64,000 bases of DNA from NCBI GenBank assembly GCA_965223415.1, contig OZ245002.1:5120001-5184000 (forward strand), written 5' to 3'. This document shows positions 54,526 to 64,000 of this stretch, in pieces (the first letter of the stretch is position 1; every line of letters begins with the position of its first letter). Under the pieces are notes generated by a model, which was given only the letters and a program-made list of their open reading frames with translations, had not been told where the DNA came from and made no database searches. This DNA is from Myxococcota bacterium. GTDB lineage: Bacteria > Myxococcota_A > UBA9160 > UBA6930. Made by a program: the position numbers and the translations under genes.

Positions 54526-56518
54526 CAGCGCTCGCGGAGCTGCTCGGTCGCAAGCTCCCGGATGCGATCGCGCAGCATGGCCGCCCGCTCGTACTCGAGG
54601 GCGTCGGCGGCCTTCTTCATCTCCTCGCGCAGGGCCTCGAGCACCTCGGGCACCTCGTGGGCGGGGATCTCCGGCTCGCTGCGCTCCTCGCTCTTCGCAA
54701 CCGTGACGTAGTCCGCCTCCCAGATCGAGTCGCGCAGGGAGACGATGGCCTTCTCCACCGACTTCGGCGTGATGCCGTGCTCCTCGTTGTACTGGATCTG
54801 GGCCTCCCGGCGCCGGTTCGTCTCGGCCACGGTCTCCCGGATCGAGTCGGTCTCCTTGTCGGCGTAGAGGACCACCGTGCCCCGCACGTTCCGCGCCGCC
54901 CGCCCGATGGTCTGGACCAGGCTGCGGGTGGAGCGCAGGAAGCCCTCCTTGTCCGCGTCCAGGATGGCGACCAGCGACACCTCCGGGATGTCGAGCCCCT
55001 CGCGCAGCAGGTTGATCCCCACCAGGACGTCGAAGACGCCCTCGCGCAGCTCGCGGATGATCTCCGTGCGCTCGATCGTCTGGATGTCACTGTGCAGGTA
55101 GCGGACCTTGACGCCGTGGTCGGCGTAGTAGTCGGTGAGCTCCTCGGCCATGCGCTTGGTCAGGGTCGTCACGAGCACCCGGTCGCCCGCCTCGACCCGG
55201 CCGCGGATTTCGGCCAGGAGATCGTCCACCTGTCCCTGGGCCGGCCGGATCTCCACCTGGGGATCGACCAAGCCGGTGGGCCGGATGATCTGCTCCACCA
55301 CCACACCCTGGCACTTCTCCATCTCGTAATCGCCCGGCGTGGCAGAGACGTAGACGCGGGTGTTGGCACGAGCCTCCCACTCCTCGAAGCGCAGCGGGCG
55401 GTTGTCGAGGGCCGACGGCAGCCGCCAGCCGAACTCGACCAGGGTCTCCTTGCGGGCCCGGTCGCCCCGATACATGCCGCCGATCTGCGGTACCGAGACG
55501 TGGCTCTCGTCCAGGAAGACGAGGCCGTCCTCCGGGAAGTAGTCGTAGAGGGTGTACGGGGTCTGCCCCTCCTGCCGGCCGTCGAGCCAGCGGGAGTAGT
55601 TCTCGACCCCGTGGCAGAAGCCCATCTCCTGCAAGCTCTCCACGTCGTAGAGGGTGCGCTGCTCGAGGCGCTGGGCCTCGAGGAGCTTGCCCTCCTTCTG
55701 GAAGAGGCCGAGCCGGTCGCCGAGCTCGCCTTTGATGCCTTCGCAGGCCTTGCGGATGCGCTGCTCGGTGGCCACGTAGTGGCTGGCCGGGTAGATCATC
55801 GCCCGCTTCGGCCGCGCCAGGACCTTGCCGCGCAGGGGATCGATCTCGGCGATGCTCTCCACCTCGTCGCCGAAGAACTCGATGCGCAGCGCCCGCTCGC
55901 TCTCGTACTGGGGGATCACCTCGACCACGTCGCCGCGCACGCGGAAGGTGCCGCGCCGGAAGTCGTGGTCGTTGCGGTCGTAGAGCATGTCGACGAGCTG
56001 GCGCAGGAAGGCATCCCGGTCGATCGTCCCGCCCACCTCGAGGAAGGCGTGCATCGAGCCATAGGCGTCCGGCGAGCCCAGGCCGTAGATGCAGGAGACG
56101 CTCGCCACCACCAGCACGTCGCGGCGGGTCAGCAGGGCGTGGGTGGCGGAGTGCCGCAGCTTGTCGATCTCGTCGTTGATCGACGAGTCCTTCTCGATGT
56201 AGGTGTCCGTCGAGGGGATGTAGGCCTCGGGCTGGTAGTAGTCGTAGTAGGAGACGAAGTACTCGACGGCGTTCGACGGGAAGAGCTGCTTGAACTCCGC
56301 GTAGAGCTGGGCGGCCAGGGTCTTGTTGGGCGCCATCACCAGGGCCGGCCGATTCAGGGCCTCGATGACGCAGGCCATGGTGAAGGACTTGCCGCTGCCG
56401 GTGACGCCGAGCAGCGTCTGGTGGGCGGCGCCGCGTTCGATGCCCTCCACGAGCTCGGCGATGGCCCGCGGCTGATCGCCCTGGGGCTCGAACTCGCTCT
56501 CGATCTTGAAGGGGTGGC

Positions 56519-56522
<4 letters not shown>
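54525..56522 (-). CDS. uvrB: Excinuclease ABC subunit B
   Basis: [45 protein letters not shown]. Confidence 0.98.
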
Positions 56523-57924
<1,402 letters not shown>

Positions 57925-57928
<4 letters not shown>

Positions 57929-58410
57929 TCGTCGTCCGATTCCAGGAGCACCACGGCCTGGGCGGCGATGCCCTCCCCTCTTCCGATCGCGCCGAGGTGG
58001 TCGGTGCTGGTGATCTTGACGTTCACCCGGCGCGGGTCCACCCCGAGGGCCTCGGCCACGCCCTTGCGCATGCCGTCCTGGTGGGGTGAGAGCCGCGGTG
58101 CCTGGGCGATGACCGTCGCGTCGCAGTTGCCGACCCGAAAGCCCGCCTCCCGAGCGAGGGCCATGGCGCGCTCCAGGAGCTCCCGGGAGGCGATGCCGCG
58201 CAGGCTCTCGTCGGAGGACGGGAAGTGACGGCCCAGGTCGCCCTCGCCGAGCGCGCCGAAGACCGCGTCGGTCACCGCGTGGAGCAGCGCATCGCCGTCC
58301 GAGTGGCCGGCCAGGCCGCGGTCGGAGGGGATCTCCACGCCACCCAGCACGAGCCTTCGCCCGGGCTCGAGGGCGTGGACGTCGAAGCCCTGGCCCACGC
58401 GCGTGTTCAC
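57925..58410 (-). CDS. ispF: 2-C-methyl-D-erythritol 2,4-cyclodiphosphate synthase
   Basis: [36 protein letters not shown]. Confidence 0.97.
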
Positions 58411-59132
58411 GGCGCCGCTCCCTGCAGCACGCTCTCGGCCCAGGCGAGATCGGCGGTGGTGGTGATCTTGCGATTGATCGGGTCGCCCTCGACGACCCGC
58501 ACTTCCACGCCGAGGCGCGCCACGAGGGCGGCGTCGTCGGTGCCGTGGACGCCCTCGGCCCGCGCCTTGGCGAGGGCCTCCCGCAGCCAGTCCACGCGGA
58601 ACACCTGGGGTGTGAGGGCTGCCCACAGGCCCTCCCGGGGCGGCGTCTCCCGGAGGTGGCCGGCCTCGATCCGGTGGATCGTGTCCGCGACCGGAGCGGC
58701 CAGGAACGCCGCGCCGTGCTCGAGGGCCACCTCGACGACCCGCGCGACGTCGGCCGCCGGCACCAGCGGCCGCGCGGCGTCGTGCACGGCGACGTGGGTG
58801 ACGTCGTCGGGAAGGGCCGCGAGCCCGGCCGCCACCGAATCCTGCCGCTCGGCCCCGCCGGCCACCGCCGGCGCCAGCCCATCGATCGCGGTCAGGCTCT
58901 CGGCCAGGGCCTGGAAGCGGCCGAGCCAGGGCTCCGGAACGACCGGCACCAGCGTTCCGATCGCCCGGACCTGGGCCATGCGCAGCAGCGAGCGCTCCAC
59001 GAGGCTGCGCCCGCCGACGGGAAGGAACGCCTTCGGCGGGAGCTCCTCGCCCGCTCCGCCGCCGGCGGAAGCCAGACTGCGGCGCAGGCGCCTGCCGAGG
59101 CCGGCGGCGAGCACGAGAGCGGCCACGCGCAT
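58407..59132 (-). CDS. ispD: 2-C-methyl-D-erythritol 4-phosphate cytidylyltransferase
   Basis: [41 protein letters not shown]...DL. Confidence 0.96.
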   Translation of the reverse strand: MRVAALVLAAGLGRRLRRSLASAGGGAGEELPPKAFLPVGGRSLVERSLLRMAQVRAIGTLVPVVPEPWLGRFQALAESLTAIDGLAPAVAGGAERQDSVAAGLAALPDDVTHVAVHDAARPLVPAADVARVVEVALEHGAAFLAAPVADTIHRIEAGHLRETPPREGLWAALTPQVFRVDWLREALAKARAEGVHGTDDAALVARLGVEVRVVEGDPINRKITTTADLAWAESVLQGAAP

Positions 59133-59254
59133 CGGCGCAACATAGCGGAAGCCGCGTGCCTTCCCCCCCGGGGTTGCTACGGTTCGGCGGCGTAATCGAT
59201 TCGTGCATTCGTGGTCGCTCCGACGGAGCGACGCCTGGAGGGGAGAACGTCTCG

Positions 59255-61036
59255 ATGATTCGCCACCTGTTCGCGGTCGCCTCGATCCTTGGTCTGGCGC
59301 TGGCCCTGGCCATCGCCCCGCCGGTCCTCGCGGAGGAGGAGCCCGCCGCCGAGCCGACCGCAACGGACGACGCCGACGACGCGGCCGAGACGCGAGCCGT
59401 CGCGCCGCCCCCGTCCGATCTGCCCGGCGGAACCCAGCCGGAGCTCCGGGGAGAGCTGGCCCTCTCGCTTCGCGACGCCATCGCCATGGGCATCGAGAAC
59501 AACCTCGACGTCGAGATCGTGCGTCACGATCCGCTGATCGCCGAGCAGGACCACCGCATCGCCCGCGGCGCCCACGACCCGAGCCTCTACGGCACCTTCG
59601 ACTACGCGAGCCGGGAGACCCCCGTGGCGAGCGCCCTGCAGGCGAGCGATCGCCTGGTCGAGCGGGAGAGCACCGGCAGCGCGGGCCTGCGCGGCCTCGT
59701 CCCCAAGCTCGGTTGGACCTACGACCTGGGCGTCACCGGCCGCCGCATCCAGACCACCTCCTCCATCTCGGATCTCTCCCCGGAGTACAACTCGGGCGTC
59801 ACCGGCTCCCTCACGATGCCCATCCTGAAGGGCTTCCTGTGGGGCGAGGCCTGGACCCAGGTGAAGATCACCGGCCTGGGCGACGAGATCGCCAAGGAGG
59901 AGTTCCGCCAGCAGCTGATGGACGTCGTGAAGGGAATCGAGGACGCCTACTGGACCCTCGCCGCCGAGCGGGAGAACCGCTCCGTCGCCAACAAGAGCCT
60001 CGAGACCTCACGGGCGCTGCTCGACCAGACGAACGCCCAGTACGAGGTGGGCGTGGTCTCCCGGGTGGAGGTGACCGAGGCCGAGGCCGGCGTGGCCGAC
60101 CGGGAGTTCCGCCAGATCGGCGCCGGGAACCGCCACGAGAACGCCCAGGACACCCTGATCGACGCGGTGCTCGGGCCCTATCTCGCCCCGACCTCGGACC
60201 TGAGAGTCGTCCCCACCGACCAGCCCGAGGAGTACACGACCTTCGTCCTCGATTCGGAGGAGAGCGCCAAGAAGGCCTTCGAGAAGCGGCCGGAGCTCGG
60301 GGTGGCCCGGCGGCGCCTGAAGCAGAGCCGGGTGAGCCTGAAGTTCGCCCGGAACCAACGGCTGCCGCAGCTGGACCTGGTGGGGACGTACGGATACCGG
60401 GGGCTGGCGGGCGACACGAACCCCCAGCCTCCGCTTTTCGGAGGAGGGGACGCCCAAGTAGCAACGGTCGTCGATGTAGCGACCGGCACCACGGTTCCGG
60501 TCTCGGTCCTCGACACGACCCCTCCGGACCAGAGGACTCGAGCGCCGATCAACATCGACCGCAGCTTCTGGAGCTCGGACGACGACTTCTTCTCCGCCGA
60601 CGGCGCCAAGCAGTGGACGGGAGGCGCCCAGCTCACCATCCCGCTCGGCAACCGGCGGGGGCGCGGCGGGGTCACGAAGGCGGAGCTCGAGCTGCGCAAG
60701 GCGCGGACGAACCTGCGGCGCCTCGAGCAGCAGATCGTGATCGACGTGCGCAAGGCGGTGCGCGACCTGCGCTCGGCCCAGCTCGGCATCGAGGCCGCCG
60801 AGCGCCGGCGCGTGGCGGCGGAGGAGCAGCACCGCGCCGAGCAGATCCGCCTCGAGCACGGCGAGTCGACGCCCTTCGACGTGCTGCAGCGGGAGGAGGA
60901 CCTGGTCGAGGCCCAGAGCCAGAAGATCGGAGCGTTGCAGGTCTACCACAGCTCGGTGGCCGCCCTGGACCGGGCCCAGGGAACGATCCTCGAAGATCGC
61001 GGCGTCGTCGTCGAAGAGGCGCGACCGCTGCGGTAA
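59255..61036 (+). CDS. TolC family outer membrane protein
   Basis: Signal peptide, [39 protein letters not shown]. Confidence 0.92.
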   Translation: MIRHLFAVASILGLALALAIAPPVLAEEEPAAEPTATDDADDAAETRAVAPPPSDLPGGTQPELRGELALSLRDAIAMGIENNLDVEIVRHDPLIAEQDHRIARGAHDPSLYGTFDYASRETPVASALQASDRLVERESTGSAGLRGLVPKLGWTYDLGVTGRRIQTTSSISDLSPEYNSGVTGSLTMPILKGFLWGEAWTQVKITGLGDEIAKEEFRQQLMDVVKGIEDAYWTLAAERENRSVANKSLETSRALLDQTNAQYEVGVVSRVEVTEAEAGVADREFRQIGAGNRHENAQDTLIDAVLGPYLAPTSDLRVVPTDQPEEYTTFVLDSEESAKKAFEKRPELGVARRRLKQSRVSLKFARNQRLPQLDLVGTYGYRGLAGDTNPQPPLFGGGDAQVATVVDVATGTTVPVSVLDTTPPDQRTRAPINIDRSFWSSDDDFFSADGAKQWTGGAQLTIPLGNRRGRGGVTKAELELRKARTNLRRLEQQIVIDVRKAVRDLRSAQLGIEAAERRRVAAEEQHRAEQIRLEHGESTPFDVLQREEDLVEAQSQKIGALQVYHSSVAALDRAQGTILEDRGVVVEEARPLR

Positions 61037-61066
61037 CATCCGCTTTCGCCGTCACCGGAGGAAGCC

Positions 61067-61597
61067 GTGAGCCTGTTCGGAAAGAGTCAGCGCGACTCCG
61101 CACCCGAGCCGAAAGCTCCCGCCGCCCCGTCCGGAGTCGCGAAGGAAGCACCGGCGCCGCCGCCGGCATCGCCTGCATCCGGACGGGAACGAACGCAGAG
61201 CCAAGGAGGAGCCAGCGTGGCCAACATCGGCAAGTCCATCACCATCAAGGGAGACCTCACCGGCAACGAGGATCTCCAGATCGACGGCAACGTGGAGGGC
61301 CGCATCGACCTTCCGAACAACCAGCTGACGATCGGCGCCGAGGGCGAGGTGAAGGCCGAAGTCACCGCCAAGGCCGTCACGGTGGTGGGCCACGTGACCG
61401 GCAACCTGAGCGCGACCGACAAGATCGAGGTCGAGTCCAGCGGCATCGTCGACGGCGACGTCCGCGCCCCCCGCCTCATCATCCAGGAAGGCGCCGTCCT
61501 GAACGGCGCCGTCGAGATGGGCGCCAAGGCCAGCAGCCCCCCCGCCAAGGCCCCCGCTCCGCCCCAGGCCGCCGCGGGGACGGCCTCGGAGGGCTAG
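61067..61597 (+). CDS. Bactofilin (polymer-forming cytoskeletal protein)
   Basis: IGKSITIKGDL..EDLQIDG.VEG.I, V.G.V.GN, V.GDV.APRL.I.EGA.LNG. Confidence 0.93.
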   Translation: MSLFGKSQRDSAPEPKAPAAPSGVAKEAPAPPPASPASGRERTQSQGGASVANIGKSITIKGDLTGNEDLQIDGNVEGRIDLPNNQLTIGAEGEVKAEVTAKAVTVVGHVTGNLSATDKIEVESSGIVDGDVRAPRLIIQEGAVLNGAVEMGAKASSPPAKAPAPPQAAAGTASEG

Positions 61598-62178
61598 GAA
61601 CCCGAGCGCCGGCCCTGGGCCTCCTGGACGTCGAGCAGCTCCCAACCGTCGTCGAGGGCCTCCTGGGCGGCCGCCCGCGCCTCGTCCTCGTCGGCGGCCG
61701 CGAGCGTCAGCGTCCGGGTCCGGTTGCCCTGCCGGACCCGAACACGGTAGGTGCGTGGATCGGAGCTGGCGGCCGACTCCCGGATCGCGTCCGACAGCTC
61801 GGCCCGAAGCCGGGTCAGCCGCGCCCGCTCCGGCGAAGCCGGCTCGACCGGGGGCGCGCTGTCGCGCTTCGCGGTCATGTCCGGCAGGAGATCGAGGTAC
61901 TCGGGGCCGGGATCCTCGACGATGCAGCCGTAGCCGTAGCTCTCTCCGCCGCGAAACCGCACCCGGCGCTGGTGCCAGACGACGGCGGACACCTGCACCG
62001 ACCGGCCCAGCCCCGCGAACTCCAGCCTGACAGGCGTTGCGGGCTCGAGATCGGCCTTGCAGACGAAGGCCAACCCTCCCTCCGAGAGGTCGAGAATCAT
62101 ACCCTCGTGCTTCTTCTTCGCGACGAGGATCCGGCACTGGGCCCGCCGCTGGATCCGATGGCTCTTCCGGCGCTCCAC
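61594..62178 (-). CDS. PilZ domain protein (c-di-GMP receptor)
   Basis: RRKSHR (RxxxR) and DLSEGG (DxSxxG) motifs. Confidence 0.85.
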   Translation of the reverse strand: MERRKSHRIQRRAQCRILVAKKKHEGMILDLSEGGLAFVCKADLEPATPVRLEFAGLGRSVQVSAVVWHQRRVRFRGGESYGYGCIVEDPGPEYLDLLPDMTAKRDSAPPVEPASPERARLTRLRAELSDAIRESAASSDPRTYRVRVRQGNRTRTLTLAAADEDEARAAAQEALDDGWELLDVQEAQGRRSGS

Positions 62179-62186
62179 ACCCCCTC

Positions 62187-62212
62187 TTCGGCCCTCGGAG
62201 CGCGTGGCTTGA
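62187..62212 (-). promoter_or_regulatory. Sigma28/FliA-like promoter TCAAG-N15-GCCGAA
   Basis: Ends 8 nt before the PilZ gene start. Confidence 0.5.
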
Positions 62213-62227
62213 CCGGTCTCGCTCCTT

Positions 62228-63280
62228 CTACAGCGCGGCCTTCGCGGCCTTCCCGCCCTTGCCCTTTCCCTTGGCCTTCGGCTTGCCCTTCCCCTTGGCG
62301 GGCGAGGTCGACGGGGCGGCCGCCGTCGGTGTCCCGCCGAAGCGGGACTCGAGCCAGAGCAGGGTCGGGCCGGCGATGTAGATCGACGAGTAGGTGCCGA
62401 CCGCGACGCCGATGGTCATGGCCAGGGCGAAGGGGCGCACCACCTCGCCACCCAGGAAGAGCAGGCAGAGCACCGCCGCGAGCGTGGTGATCGACGTCAG
62501 CACGGTGCGCGAGAGCGTCTGGTTGACGCTGCGGTTCAGCACGTCCAGCAGGTCGAACTTCGTGCGCAGCTCCATGTTCTCGCGCACCCGGTCGTAGACG
62601 ATGATCGTGTCATTCAGGCTGTAGCCGATGATCGCCAGCAGGGCCGCCAGGACGCGCAGGTCGAACTCGAGGCCGAGCAGCACCCAGAGGCTGCAGGTGA
62701 TCAGCACATCGTGCAGCAGGGCTACGACCGCGCCGGGCGCGAAACGCGTGGAGAAGCGGAAAGCGATGTAGGCGAGAATCAGGACACCCGCGATCAGCAT
62801 CGCCCGCAGGCCGTCCTCGCGCAGCTCGGCGCCGACCTTCGGGCCGACGAAATCGACCCGCTGCCGGTCGTGGCCGCCGATCTCCCCGGTCAGGGCCTCG
62901 TCGAGGGCGATGATCCGGTCGGTGGAGGCGTCGACCTTGCCGCTCTCCTCCAGCGGCAGGCCCTCCTCCTGGGCGATGCGCCGCTCCCCCGGGAACTTGA
63001 TCAGGAACTCCTGGGTATCGGCCGGCCCGTAACGGATCACGCTGGCACCGTCGATGTCCAGGGTGTCGAGCACGCTGCGGATGGCGCCTTCGTCGGTGGT
63101 GACCCCCTCGTGGAAGCGGATCTGCACCTCGGTGCCGCCGGCGAAGTCGATGCCCAGCTGGACGCCGCGGGTCGCCACGCCCACCAGGCCGGCGGCGATG
63201 ATCGCCAGCGAGACCGCGACGCACACGCGCCACTTGCCGATGAAGTCGATGTGGGTACCGGGCTTGATGATCTCGATCAC
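62228..63280 (-). CDS. secF: Protein translocase subunit SecF
   Basis: GIDFAGG, VGPKVG, ALLHDV, IGYSLNDTII.YDRVRE, TLSRT, GTYSSIYIA. Confidence 0.97.
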   Translation of the reverse strand: MIEIIKPGTHIDFIGKWRVCVAVSLAIIAAGLVGVATRGVQLGIDFAGGTEVQIRFHEGVTTDEGAIRSVLDTLDIDGASVIRYGPADTQEFLIKFPGERRIAQEEGLPLEESGKVDASTDRIIALDEALTGEIGGHDRQRVDFVGPKVGAELREDGLRAMLIAGVLILAYIAFRFSTRFAPGAVVALLHDVLITCSLWVLLGLEFDLRVLAALLAIIGYSLNDTIIVYDRVRENMELRTKFDLLDVLNRSVNQTLSRTVLTSITTLAAVLCLLFLGGEVVRPFALAMTIGVAVGTYSSIYIAGPTLLWLESRFGGTPTAAAPSTSPAKGKGKPKAKGKGKGGKAAKAAL

Positions 63281-63289
63281 GAGCGACTC

Positions 63290-64000
<711 letters not shown>

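Overview
Very GC-rich bacterial chromosome window. PEP-CTERM proteins, a bactofilin, PilZ and J-domain/TPR proteins, sigma54 promoters and a Cys-initiated C-terminal sorting tail suggest a Myxococcota-like deltaproteobacterium; this placement is inferred, not demonstrated. Left to right: (1) a GNAT C-terminus, a diheme cytochrome c, a gamma-carbonic anhydrase-like gene and amtB with a sigma54 promoter; (2) a TetR-controlled acyl-CoA catabolic cluster (3.6-12.6 kb) whose tetR/SDR pair is bracketed by 37-bp inverted repeats; (3) an unusual exopolysaccharide locus (12.6-22.5 kb) with a KaiC-like ATPase/pseudo-receiver/degenerate-GGDEF protein, a TPR/beta-barrel exporter frameshifted in a C6 tract, a PgaC-like GT2, a small membrane protein, two deacetylase-family genes and a glycoside hydrolase; (4) an AhpD-like selenoprotein (CFY-UGA plus SECIS-like hairpin) that the ORF track splits in two; (5) an accessory patch of PEP-CTERM and other surface-protein genes ending at tRNA-Glu, with a decayed att-like repeat; (6) c-di-GMP signalling genes (HD-GYP, V4R-STAS, PilZ) and REP-like palindromes; (7) housekeeping genes comEC, uvrC, uvrB, cysS, ispF, ispD, a TolC-family gene, secF and secD. 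No CRISPR array, rRNA, integrase or transposase was seen. All calls come from manual motif reading; no database search was run.
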